The notes beneath the pieces were generated by a model. That model ran no database searches, was not told the origin of the DNA, and saw only the letters and a list, made by a program, of their open reading frames with translations. DNA of 64,000 bases from Octopus sinensis (lineage: Eukaryota). Shown piece after piece: positions 12,880-25,648 of the stretch. The stretch is taken from NCBI RefSeq assembly GCF_006345805.1, contig NC_043011.1, positions 60,276,464-60,340,463 on the forward strand, read 5' to 3'. How positions within the stretch are numbered: position 1 is the stretch's first letter; the number at the start of each line of letters is the position of its first letter. Made by a program: the position numbers and the translations under genes.

Positions 12880-14027
12880 AAGTAAACATAGAATCCTCTT
12901 ACATATGAGATAGTCTGACTATGGTAAATTAAGAAGGTAAAGGTAATGCCAATTATGATTGGGTCCCCAGGGAGAGCATCAGAGGAATATAAGGGAAATC
13001 ACAACCAAGGGCCTTGTAGTAATGTTATAAAAGGTCTGCCTCCTTGGCATGGTCACAATCACCAGGAATGGATTAGAGAGTTGAAAAGGACAGATATCAC
13101 GGTACTGTTGGATGCAGGTAGCAAGCCTGCTACACAAGCAGTACAACAAGAATTCCAGCAAAACCTGAGTTAAAAGAATGATAATAATAATAACAATAAA
13201 AGAGACAGATTCAAAAGAGGAAAGCATTACTCATCTAATAAAGGGAATGTAGCATGCTGGCACAGAAAGAATATAAGAAAAGACAGGAGAATCTAGGGAG
13301 AGTAATCCACTAAGTGTCATGTAGAAAGTTAGGATTTGAACTTACTGATAAATACTAGAAAGTAAGAAATATAAGATGTTGTGGGACTTCAACATTCAGA
13401 TTGACCGAGTAATAGAAGCTAGACGGCCTGATTTGGTAGTACAATGATCCTTCGACTATAGTAGGGTTATGTTCCAAAACCCACTGCGATAGGTGAAAAT
13501 CCACAAAGTACAAACAGTACTGTACTGTATATTTTTTAAATTTATTTTTATAATTTGTATATATTTATTTTATTATAGATGCAAAACAACACCATGGAGG
13601 AATTGACATAAGCTTGAATAATAAACTGCAAAAGGTGAACCGTGATATGGTGAAGGATTACTGTAGTAGATAAAGAGAATAGAAAGTGCCAGATAATTGA
13701 CTTTAGAGTCCCAAATGATGAGAAATCAATATGAGATGTATAGAAAAAATAGCAAAGTACCAGGAACTAACCATTGTATTACAGAGACTATGGAAAGTAT
13801 GGGTAAAATGTATCCCAGTAGTTATAGATGCATTGGGAACTATTCCTAAACATTTGAACAGATGGCTAGAGGAAACAGGCAAAAAACCGAGTTTAGTGCA
13901 GCTCCAGAAAACAGTTTTATTACAGACAGCCAGGATACTTAGGAGGGTTCTTGGCAGCTAAGCTTATTCGTAGCCTGATGTTAGAAGTTTTTCTTTTCCA
14001 ACAGTCTAATCTGTTGTGTGTATATGA
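12880..14027 (+). mobile_element. R4/Dong-like non-LTR retrotransposon 3' fragment (zinc-knuckle region plus restriction-like endonuclease), flanked by (TAA)n
   Basis: CSMLAQKEYKKRQENLGRVIH, MLWDFNIQIDRVIEARRPDLVVVDKENRKCQIIDFRVPND, EKIAKYQEL, PVVIDALG, LQKTVLLQTARILRRVL*; short 3' UTR then (AAT)n. Confidence 0.85.
13442..13663. mobile_element. 222-bp MITE with TA target-site duplication (Tc1/mariner-pogo type) inside the Dong-like element
   Basis: TA at 13440-41 and 13664-65; imperfect TIRs CAATGATCCTTCGACTATAG / CAGTAATCCTTCACCATATC; removal restores RRPDLVVVDKENR. Confidence 0.85.
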
Positions 14028-14296
14028 ATAATAATAATAATTAATAATAATAATAATAACGATAATGATAATAATAATAATTCTAATTTTGGCACAAAGC
14101 CAGCAGTTTTGAGAGAAGTGAATTAGTCATTATCATTGACCCCCAAGTAATTTATTCTATTGACCCCAGAAGGATGGAAAGCAACATTAACCTCAGGGGG
14201 ATTTGAACTCAGAAAATAAAGAGCCAAAGAAAATACCACAAGGCATTTTTCCAACACTGATGGTTCTGCCAATTTAAAGCCCTTATGATGATGATG

Positions 14297-14328
<32 letters not shown>

Positions 14329-14620
14329 GACTGTTTCATGTATCTGTCACCTAAGCCCATTCATACATGCAAGAGAAAATGAAAAGAAGATGGACATAAT
14401 TACAAATGTAAGGGGATCAATAAGACAGGGTAATATAAAAATAAGGGAATGAGTGAGGATGTTATAAAGAATATAAATTAAAGAAAACATACAATAAAAA
14501 CACTAACAAAAATTTGATGCATGATTTAAAAGCATGAAACACAGATTGGGTAACCCACCCACACATAAATGAGAATCCATAAAAAAAGAAAAACCCCACG
14601 AAATTGGCTGCCTGCCATAC

Positions 14621-14695
14621 CTTGAAGCTGGTATAATTGAAACTTCCTTTGTGTATTTGGTGTCAGACTTAGCAAAAAAAAATCTTCCATGTTCT
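14621..14695 (-). CDS. Internal coding exon, 75 bp, phase 2 to 2: EHGRFFFAKSDTKYTKEVSIIPAS(R)
   Basis: Acceptor gcaactaactag|A, donor AAG|gtatgg, AT-ending codons, in phase with exon 2368-2504. Confidence 0.55.
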
Positions 14696-16357
14696 CTAGT
14701 TAGTTGCAATTTAGTTGATCATAGATTATTAATGTGCTTTTCACTAGCAGTCTATCATTTGAGTGTCCACAAAATGAAAGCCCATCTCCTCATCAATCAT
14801 TAACCCTATTAGTCAAGTTTATCGGTTCTTCATTTTTTTACTTTTTAATTAGATACTATGAATTTTACATGGTGATCATTTTTTATAGCTTTCTCTCTCA
14901 GGCTTTTCATGCAACTTCCAGCAGCCTACCACCTCTACATGCTTTTTTTTCTTTTCTTTTGTCAGAATGTGATTTTGTCAGTACTTTGAACTGAGAAGGA
15001 GAAATCTCTTCCAACACTTCCGAGCTGTACTGGTGGCGCCCCAAGAACAACACCTCCAGAGTTCTGCTGTTTTGTTTTCTTTTACCCAGTTTACCCAACA
15101 TTTTCGTGCAGGAAACCCTTAGATGATCTTTATTGCTTCATATGTAACTGCTGCTTTCTAATTTAGGCGCAAAACCAATAAATCTGATGGGTGGAGATTA
15201 GTCGACACAAGGTGGACTTTCCATTGCAGTATTTTTAGAAATAACAGACCCTCCACATTCTGAGTTTCAATTACTTTTCCTTTTCAAACCAACGATGAAG
15301 CCTGTATTCAGTCATTTGACCTGTTAGAAATATCAGTCTTAGGTAGGTGACAATTTGAGTAAGGAATCTGGCTGCTGTTTTTAACAAGTGAAGTATGCCA
15401 TGTAGATGCTTCTATGCTGGTTTGTATTTTTAATTAGCTTTTAAGTGTTGATAGAAAACTATCATAATTTCAAAAATATATTCAGTAAAATTGCAAACCA
15501 TGTATAGTAACAAAGTAAACATTATTTATAAAATTTAAATAAGCAGGAAAAAAAAAATTATAAAAACAAACTGAAAAAAAAGCATCGATTTTCACAAATA
15601 GGCAAACACAAGTGATTAATGCTAAACATATATCATAAAAGTGTTTACATTGAAGAGAATTTATTTAAAAAGTACAAAGAAAACTAGCAATAATTCAGTT
15701 TGCTTTCAAACTTTGTCTTCTTTCTGTCTTGTACATCTGAAGATATTAAAGGAATTTTCTTTGGTGTCTAAATCTATCAAAGCTAGTTGTAAGAAATTTT
15801 ACTAACGTGACTTGTGAACAAATTTTTAATTCTATTCCCTTTCCTTTTAACATTTACCAAACTAAAACATAGAAGAAAATGTGAAATTGAGAAACAATGC
15901 ATGGAATAAATAAAGTTGTATGAAATTTGGTAAGATTATACTAAGTAACCATTTGTTGTTGATGCTGTTGTTAAATCCCAGGTTAGTTCTGATTGAGCAG
16001 ATTTATGTACAAAGGTGTGTTCTACATCTAAGTAAACTTAGAGGTCATAAAACACTGCTGTATCTCTACTTTCTCTCTTTTCCCTGAAGAAAGACTCCAA
16101 AATGTTGGGCTTTCCACTTCTCAAAGCAAGTTCACTGTACTCGTTTTACCAAAATTGCAGTACAATGTCTTGCCAGTACAGACTGACACCAGCCTGTTCG
16201 GAATCTGTTGGAGTGGCTGTGTGGTATGTAGCTTGCTTACCATGGTTACTGGTTCAGTCCCACTGCATGGAACCTTGGGCAAGTGTTTTCTACTATAGCC
16301 TCGGGCCAACCAAAGCCTTGTGAGTGGATTTGGCTGACGAAAACTGAAAGAAGCTCG

Positions 16358-16391
<34 letters not shown>

Positions 16392-16393
<2 letters not shown>

Positions 16394-16757
16394 AAACATG
16401 AAAACACAAAGAGAAAATACAACAACGTGAGGATGTGGAACAAGTATAGTGTTATTGGACGCTCAGGAAAGGAAAGAAAGAAGGAGGATTTAACATTTCG
16501 AGCGGAGCTCTTCATCAGAAACATAGGAAAAAGAAAGATCCAAGGAAGGGAAGACGGAGGAAAAAAAATCGCTTTTGATACACATATAAAACTACCTGAA
16601 ATGGTAGTGTCTTCTGGGACTTGACTGATGAAAGAAAGCCAAGAATGACCCGTCTTTCTTTGCCTGCCCTTCTAATTGTTGTTTCTTTTGTCCGCCTTTG
16701 TATCGCCTATCTGTCTGAATGTTTTATTGCTCTTTATTGATTGCATTTTTGTTCCAT
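16392..16757 (-). mobile_element. Penelope-like pLTR / retrozyme-type insert in (TA)n
   Basis: Flanked by (TA)n on both sides and carries a minus-strand hammerhead core. Confidence 0.55.
16487..16522 (-). ncRNA. Minimal type I hammerhead ribozyme motif
   Basis: TGTTT CTGATGA A GAGC-tcc-GCTC GAAA TGTT AAA: perfect 4-bp stem II; stem III looks like a CpG-decayed AACGTT palindrome; stem I TTT/AAA. Confidence 0.6.
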
Positions 16758-16990
16758 TTATATATATATATATATGCTTGTGTGTCTATGCTTGTTCCCC
16801 ACTATCGCTTGACAACCGATGTTGGTGTGTTTACATCCCAGTAACTTAGCAGTTTGGCAAAAGATACTGATAGAATAAGTACTAGGATTACAAAGAATAA
16901 GTCCTGGGGTTGATTTGTTTGGCTAAAGGCGCTGCTCTACCATAGCCACAGTCAAATGACTGAAACAAATAAAAGAACACACACGCAAAT

Positions 16991-17107
<117 letters not shown>

Positions 17108-19342
17108 TGTATTTTTGATTGCTCCATTTATAAAAGTATATGGATATTGAAAAGCAAGAGCAATATTAACAATAAAATTTGTCCAGAAAAAATATAGTTA
17201 AGAAAACAAAAAGCAAAAAAAACAAAACAACAAAAACATAATCTAATATTTGTTTTAGGCAAGAGCCAAATAAAGATCTTAAGCTGTAATTGTATCTAGA
17301 GTAAATAATACTCAAAATATACATTTTTAACATAAATAGAAGGCTTCTGATAAACAGGAGACAGGGAAACGAGAATGTGCGATAGTTGTATTCTCTCAAG
17401 TTCATTAGCATTCTAGGTGAAATGAAGCAACTGTTGATGTGAAGAAAAAATTAGGTCACATATTGGTTCATTAAGATATTAATTCTATTGTACAGTGCTA
17501 TTGACAAGACTGTAATGGATCAAATATTTGTTGAAGAGATGATAGAATAATGATAAATTGGTATATCAGTTGAAATTAAATGAACTTTAAATCATTTTGC
17601 TATCATATTGCTAATGAAAGACACAACCACTATGTTTGGAATTATTGTGAAAATAATCAAGAAACAGCGGGGTTTCAGTAAAAAATAAATCAATCTATAT
17701 TAGGTTATATTTGGAATATAACAAAATATTCTTCCACTAAATTATGATGGTGTGCTTTAATTTAAATACGAACCCTTAAAAAATCATAAGTTTTGTTGCA
17801 TGGAACCAGATACCATCTTTGGTGGGTAGGTATTGAAAGAATCGAAATAAAAAAAATGTAAATCAAGCAATTGGGGCGATAAAAAATAAATAAATAAACA
17901 CAAAGATAGCTAATAAGATTAGTACAGTTTTAATAGAAAAGGATTATTTTAGAGGTGGTTCTAGGCAAAATATATGGAAATGTTGAACTTGCTCAATTTC
18001 AAAAACCCTCTTTCAGACTACCTGACTGACTGCAGGAACTGCTGGAGTAAAGAGTAAGAACTCATTACAAATACCTTAAAGGAATACACAATGGATTTTG
18101 TTTTTGTCAAGTTCATGAGACTTCTTTCTGAGAAGTCACTTACAAGTCATTGAAGCCATTTCCTTATAGCTGGGAGGAGTTGAATGCAATATTGCAAGCC
18201 AACAAAATACTCATTAATTTTACAACTCAAATTCTGCCTGCCAGACACACACACACACACACACAGAGTCTGTGACATCTACTTGGAGCTAGGTTAATTA
18301 GTCATTGACAATTAAGTGTTTTCACTATGAATACAATACAATTTGGTGAGAGAAGACACAGACTACTCCACAGCCATCTTGTCATTTTGTCTAATCTATG
18401 AATTGTCAAAGTTAATAAAGTTGCATAGAATGTCTCTCAGTATTTGTTCTATCTGCATGCTGAGTTCAAATCCTACTGAAGTTACCTTTGCCTTTCCCCC
18501 TTCAGGTGAGGAGCTAACATACTAACACATATAGTTACATTCATTTTTCTTTATTTTGAAATATCATTGAATATATCAAGTAATATTGTTAATATATTAA
18601 TAATATTAATAATGTATTATTAGTATATTATTAAGTATTAAAGTCTTTCATTGTACATTTAAGACAGTCATTGACACTTTTCCACTACATGCAGTTTCAT
18701 ACTTAATAACGGCTTCAAAGTTTGGTATAAAGCCAACAATGTTAGGGTGGGAGAAAATTGAGCACATCAGCCCCAGTGCTCAACTGATATTTATTTTGTG
18801 GTCCCAGAAAAGGCTGAAAAGCAAAGTCGACTTTGGTGGAATTTGAACTCAGAAAGTATAGAACCAGAAGAAATACTGCTAAGCATTTTGTCTGGCATGC
18901 TAAGATTTCGCAGAGCTTGCAACCCTGTCTTGATTTAATACTTAATAATACAACATTTTAAATAGATTTATATTCCTGTATTCTTTTACTTGTTTCAGTT
19001 ATTTGACAGCAGCCATGCTGGAGCACCACCTTAAGTGGTTTTAGTCGAAGAAATCAACCTCAGGACTTATTCTTTGTAATCCTAGTACTTATTCTATTGA
19101 TCTCCTTTGCTGAACTGCTAAATTATGGAGACATAAACACATCAGCATCAGCTGTCAAGTGATGGTAAGGGTACAAACACTGACACACACATAAATACAT
19201 ATATATATATAAATATATATGACAGGCTTCATTCAGTTTCCTTCTACCAAATCCACTCACAAGGCTTTGAACCATGAGGTTAGGAAGCAAGCTTCTTACC
19301 ACACAGCCACGCCTAATAAGTCTTTTTTAGAATTGGTTCTTG

Positions 19343-19495
19343 AAGTACATATAAAGCTATAAAATAATAGCATGTAAATACCGGGTTGCAAAACCCTTTT
19401 GGATAGATGTTGAAGGCTGCTCATGGGACTTGAACCCACATCACTCCAAAACATGATATGTCCACATGCTATTATTTATAGTTTTATATGTACTT
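19343..19495. repeat. ~33-bp inverted repeats around an 88-bp spacer (MITE-like)
   Basis: AAGTACATATAAAGCTATAAAATAATAGCATGT versus the reverse complement of ACATGCTATTATTTATAGTTTTATATGTACTT. Confidence 0.75.
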
Positions 19496-20443
19496 TAACA
19501 ATCAAATTCCTAAAAAGAATTTTTCCACTTTCTCTTGAAAGTTTATAAATTCTTATGATGACAACAGAAATTTGAAATAGATTATATCCAAGAAGTTGGT
19601 CATATGACATAGACATGTCCATGGCACATCTATATGAAATGATGAAAATACAATATTAATTAGAACAAATTCATTAAAAGCACCATATTTTCCACCATAT
19701 AAGTTTGAATTTTTCAGGCCAAATTTACAGCCATAAAAAAAAGTAGGTTGACTTATGCACCAAGATGACTTTGGAAGTCCAAACATTTCTTGTAGAAAAC
19801 AGCAGGATTTAGAAAGATTGTGATGATGTTTGAACGTTTACACCATACACTGGGTTAACTTGTATGCTTGGAAATATGGTAGATCTAGAGTGTAATTTAT
19901 GTAATACTTTTATATATTCATGTCAATGTTTTAAGGAAGAAGGCAAGAGAGTTTAAAAGAAACATCATTGGGATGTATTTGTGAAAAGAAGGTAAACTAG
20001 ATTTAGCCTTCAATCCTGAAAGAAGCTTCAAATGTCATTAAATAGTTTAGGTAAATATCATCAGTGACTGATTATAGGCAAAAAGTAAAAACATTTACAA
20101 ATTATGGGGGGAAAAATCATATAAATAAATCTAAGGAATAGGATTGTAATCAAGAACAAAGATCAATGTTCCAGATAAAACTTGGACAATATTCAATTTA
20201 GAAACATGAATATATAAGCATGGCTGTGTTGTTCAGAAGTTTGCTTCTTTATAACATGGTTCCAGGTTCAGTTCCACTGCAAGGCACATTGGGAAAGGGT
20301 CTTGACCTACAGCTCTGAACTGACTAAAGCCTTGTGAATGGATGTGATAGAACATAAAAGAAACCAGTCATATATGTATACATAGATAGATATTTATATG
20401 TCCATATATGCTTTATTTAAAAGCAGCAGAAATATAACAAAAG

Positions 20444-20481
20444 CTGTTACTCAGAGTTTCATGTTCCTGTTCATCAGATAG
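20444..20481 (-). ncRNA. Decayed minimal type I hammerhead motif
   Basis: CTAT CTGATGA ACA-GGAA-CAT GAAA CTC-T-GAG TA ACAG; core, stem III and GUA intact; stem I and II mismatches are all transitions. Confidence 0.5.
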
Positions 20482-21960
20482 TTTTGTTAATGTATGTGTG
20501 TGTGTGTGTTTGCATGAGTGAGTTTGTATTTTTTTGGCTACACGTATATTTTATGTGGATTGAAGACAAGGGTTTTCTTAATGGTGTCATTCATTAACAT
20601 TGTTGATTCTACAAACTTTTAATAACAACTGTGACCTCGATGAACCAACAAGGGAACTTCTATTGCATTACTCATCCTACTGAGATGCATAATTCATGTC
20701 ATCACCAATGGTGTTTTGATACCCACGTTTCCAAGCTTGCTTGGGTCAGATGGAATATTGTTGAAGTGTGTTTTCTACAGCCAGAGACTCTACATGTCAC
20801 CAACTTTAACCTGTTTCCAAGTAATATTTCTCCATGATCAGACATGCTTTACAGGGAAGAGTGGGACCAAAGGACATCACTTGCATGATGGAAACATTTG
20901 ATTCCAACTCTCATGCGATATCTTGGTAGAGAAACAGTAACAAACATGCACACACACAACCCTGCATGTACATACACACACACAATGGCCTTCTCTCAGT
21001 TTCCATCTACAAAATCTACTCACAAGGTTTTGGTTAGTCCAGGGCTAAATAAGAAGACATTTTTTGTGGTTGGGGAGCAAACTTCTTACCACACAGCCAC
21101 ACCTGCACTTATATGAAACACAAATGCTGCAGATTATCAGGTGCAACGGACAAGCCATAAATAATCCTTTCTACTTTAGGCACAAAACCTGAATTTGGTG
21201 GGGAAGGGAACAAGCCTAGTGCAGAACTGGTACTTATTTTAATTGACCCCACCACCAGAAAAAAAAAAAAAAAAGCTGAAAGGCAAAAGTCAACATTGGT
21301 AGAATTTGAACCCAGATGGTACGGACAGATGAAAGGTCACTAAACATTTTGTTTGGCATGGTTTTAGATTTAGGCAAAGTACAAGGCCAGCAATTCTAGT
21401 GGGTGAGGGTCAGTTCATTATATCAGCCAAGTATTTGAATGGTACTTGATTTTATCCATCCTCAAAGGATGAAACTTAACGTGGGCAGCATTTGAATTCA
21501 AATAGTAAATAGCTGGAAGAAATACTGTAAAGCAATTATCCTGAGGCTGTAACAATTCAGCCAGTTTAACACCTTGGATAAGCAATGTACATTGTGGTAT
21601 TTGGCGAATTACAAGAATGAAGAAAATTAATGTTTATCGCAGGATCACTGAAACTCTGAAAAGAAAGAAAGCTAAAACTATTAACTTTTTCTTCGATGAC
21701 TGATTTCAGTTGCTACAGATATGGCCATGGTGGGGCAACACCTGGAAGTGTTATAGTTAGTAATATTGATCTCAGTACTTATTTCAGTCTGGTGCTTGTG
21801 TTATTGATCTCTATTGATCAAATCATTAAGATTTACCTTTTTGGCATAAAGTGACGTAATTCCAAACATCGATTTATACAGATATACACAAACTTATATA
21901 TAAGTATGTGTGTGTGTGTGTGTGTGTGTGTGCATGTATGCATGTGTGTGTGTATGTATA

Positions 21961-22805
21961 TGAAGGTGAGCTAAAAAGTTCATAGGTTGACTATGAAGGA
22001 GAGATGCTACTACTGTGAAATCTTGCATGCATTAATTTCAACTCTTCTTATTAATAACTGCACTTTCCAGGCAAACTGATACCTAACTATTCAAAGAAGA
22101 TTTCAAAAGTAACTATTAGCAACTTCTCTTGAAAATGGACAAAATCTGACATTGTGGTGTTTTCAAGTACCCAAAGAAAAAGGGTTTTGCCCCCAAGGAC
22201 ATTCATGCTGACATGGTTGTTACATTAAAGGATGAGGCTCCAGCTTCATTAAAAGTGCAAAAGCGAGCAGATGAATTTAAGAGGGGAACAGAGAGTCTTG
22301 GAAGCACATCCAAGGCCTGGATGTCTTGCAACTGCCACCACTGAGGAAAACATTGATCATGTTCACCACAGACAGGTGACTGACTATAAATCAAATTGCC
22401 ATGCTTTTAGCAGATCCTGCGAGAGAGTTGAGAATATTCTACACAATGAACTTGGCACAACGAAGGTTTCTGCTCGGTGGGTGCCACGTCTTCTGAGACC
22501 TGATTAAAAGCACACAGACTGATCACATCATGAGAAAATCTGACATTGTTTGAGGCAGATCCAGCTAGTTTCCTTGAACATTTCCTAATCTAAGATGAGT
22601 GCTGATTTCATCATTTTGAGCCACAGACAAAGAGATAATCCATGCAGTGGAAACACCTCCTCCTCACCTGCTCAAAAGAAGGTCAAGGGAAGGTGATGGC
22701 TTCACTATTAATGGAGAGTGCTATGCTAACTTGCTGAGACAGTTACAAAAGGCTTTCAAAGCCAAGCAACCAGGACAACTGATGAAAGGGGTCTTGTTTC
22801 ATCAA
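21961..22805 (+). mobile_element. Mariner-family transposase remnant, internally deleted
   Basis: Starts TA|TGAAGGTGAGCTAAAAAGTTC; fragments KDIHADM, RPGCLATATTEENIDHV, KVSARWVPRLL, TINGECYANLLRQL...GVLFHQ. Confidence 0.85.
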
Positions 22806-23312
22806 TTCCAGCATTATGATTTACAACAGACCAAAACCTCAATCTAAATTTCCTTAAAATTATAAGTTCATGGTTTTGATTCCCGGAGTGGACAGTGCGT
22901 TGTGTTTTTGAGCGAAAACATTTCACTTCAGATTGCTCCAGTCCAATCAGCTGTAAATGAGTTCCACCAAAGCCAGGAAGTTAACCTTGTGATGGATTGG
23001 CAACCCATTCAAAGGGAGAGAGTGTTGTAAAGTCAGTGACTCCTATGCCAAGGAAGCCTCACTGTGCTCCAGCCGTAGGAGTCCTCGGATACATGATAGA
23101 CCTACATCATAACAAGATTATCTCAGCTAGGACTCCTGTGATCATGGATCGGCTCTGTCAAGGACAACCTGGGGCTAAACAACAATAATAACAAATATTA
23201 ATTAGAGAAGAACTTTGTGTTGATTAATTTTTTCCTCTCTGTATTTCTTAAGTAATTGTATTATTATTATTATTATTATTATTATTCTTAGTAGTAGTAG
23301 TAGTAGTATTAA

Positions 23313-23800
23313 TAAGGTGGCGTGCTGGCAGAATTGTTAGCATGCTGGATGAATTGCTTCACAGTATTTTTCCTGTCGCAACATTCTGAGTTCAAATTCC
23401 GCTGTGGTTGACTTTGTCTTTCATCCTTTTGAGGTCGATTAAATAAGTACCAGTTACGCACTGGAGTCAATGTAATCAACTTAATCCCTTCCCACAAATT
23501 CGAGGCCTTGTGCTTCCAGTAGAAAAAACTATTATTTATTATTATTATTATCAGTAGTAGTAGTAATATTAGTATTAATACGGTGGCAAGGTGGTAGAAT
23601 TGTCAGCACGCTGGATGAAATGCTTAACAGTATTTTTCTTGTCACTACATTCTGAGATCAAATTCCACCAAGGTCAACTTTACATTTCATCCTTTTCGAG
23701 TCAATAAATTAAATAGCAGTGAAACACAGGGGTCGATGCAATCAAGTAGCCTCCTCCCACAAAATTTCAGGTCTTGTGCCAATAGCAGAAAGGATTATTA
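23313..23800 (+). mobile_element. Two adjacent family C SINEs in (ATT/AGT)n
   Basis: Head AAGGTGGCGTGCTGGCAGAAT...CTGAGTTCAAATTCC and TTTCATCCTTT..GGTCGAT..A core; copies ~23313-23530 and ~23578-23800; about 15 more copies in the window. Confidence 0.8.
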
Positions 23801-24315
23801 TTATTATTTGTACTTGTAATAATACAGCCATAAACAACAAAAGAGGTTAAGATGCTACACGTAGGTGGCTCTAGAATAAACTGTGCTTTATAAATGACTC
23901 TAAACTGAAGTGATAGCACTTCATTTATTGATGCTTTTTTTAGCAAGGAACAAACCAGAACTAATCACATAAGGGGGAAACAGCCTCTCTACCCTGCCCC
24001 CCTCCTACACCCACCCCACCCCCCGTTGCATGTTCTTTCACTGGAGATTTGTGTTCTTGATTTAATAATGATACTAACATGGGTTTCTCTCTGCTTCAGT
24101 CAATACTTGACAATTTACGGAAGAGATAATTAGGCATTAGCATTCTCACTTGAAAAGCTGATACAGTGACAACAAAAATAGCAATCAAAGTAACTCAGTG
24201 ATGACTAATTTTAGCTTTTCACTTACAAAATTTAATAGTGAGAGAGAGAAAGAGAAAGAAAAAGAAAGAAAGAAAGGGAGAGAGAAAGAGAGAGAGAGTT
24301 GGTAGTTGTGTACCA

Positions 24316-24352
<37 letters not shown>

Positions 24353-25589
24353 ATATAAAGAGAATGAGACTTGAAGCCAACATATATAGTCAGTGAAGAT
24401 AACACCATTTGTAAGTGGGTTGAGCTCATTAAAGAAAAGTAGAAGTTGGTGAAAGGGAGAAAGATAAGAAGCAAAATAAAAAGAAAGAAATAGAAAGAGA
24501 AGAGAGAATGAGAGAGAGAAAGGGTGAGAGTGAGAGAAAGATGGTGATATTACATAACAAGAGCCCAGTAGTATCCTGCAAGTACTGCAGTTCTCTCAAG
24601 AAGTGCCAGGATTGGTGTGAAGACAACATAACATAATGATGAAAGTAAAGAACATCGTCCCCTTTTGGGGGCAACTACCAAATTTAGCCATCTACTTAAC
24701 TTTGACCTTCTTGGCATCATTTCACCTTCCTCTTTTCCCCCATTATTTCCCTTCTTCACTGCTCTATCCCTTTACTTTTACCAGTGAAGCAATGTCTAAC
24801 AATAAAGTTTATTCAAACCCTTCCCTTTATAATATGAACTCTCACCCACCACCCATCACTTAGAGCAATTCATTCAATCTACCTTCCTTCCCCACCCATT
24901 ACTCCAAAGCTTCTCAAACATTTTCTCAACTATCACCTACCCTCATTTTTTCCCCCACTAATTCTTTCTCAATAGTCTCTTCCTATAATTCGGTAAAATA
25001 AAAATGTAGCACTTGCAAATCAATCATTTTGATGTCCAGTTTTCCATGTTTGCATGGGTCAAATGGAGTTTACTGAGGCAGTTTTTCTATAGCCAGATGC
25101 CCTTCCTAACACCAACCCTCACTTGTTTTCAAGAAGCAAGGTAATATTTTCCCATGGCCAAACATGTTTTTGCAATATATTGAAAATGAAAGACACTGCT
25201 TGTATGACAGTGACAATCCTTTACAGCTCTCATGCAATGCCAAGGCAAAGAGACGCAAACATGCATGCATGTAACCATATATGTGTGTGTATGTGGGTGT
25301 ATGTATGTGTGTGTGTACGTGTCAAACTGTCCAACCCGTGCCAGCATGGACAACGACCGCTAAATGATGATGATGATCACACATACACACACACACACGC
25401 AGAGTAGGTTTCTCTTCAGTTTTTGTCTACAAAACCGACTCACAAGGCTTTGGTCAGTGATAGGCCTGAGGACTATAGTCGAAGAACACTTTCTCAAGGT
25501 GCTACAAAGTGGAACTGAACTAGAAACCATCTAGTCTGGAAGTAAACTTCTTACCCACACAGTCATGCCACATATATACATACACACAT

Positions 25590-25646
<57 letters not shown>

Positions 25647-25648
<2 letters not shown>

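Larger units (their letters stand above)
16208..16975 (+). mobile_element. SINE family B split at its internal (TA)n by a ~365-bp insertion
   Basis: 5' half 16208-16360 and 3' half ~16775-16975 match uninterrupted copies. Confidence 0.8.

Noticed and set aside
14907-15101. GC-richer segment with open frames on both strands
   Set aside because: No consistent splice-site pair or recognisable motif; left unexplained.
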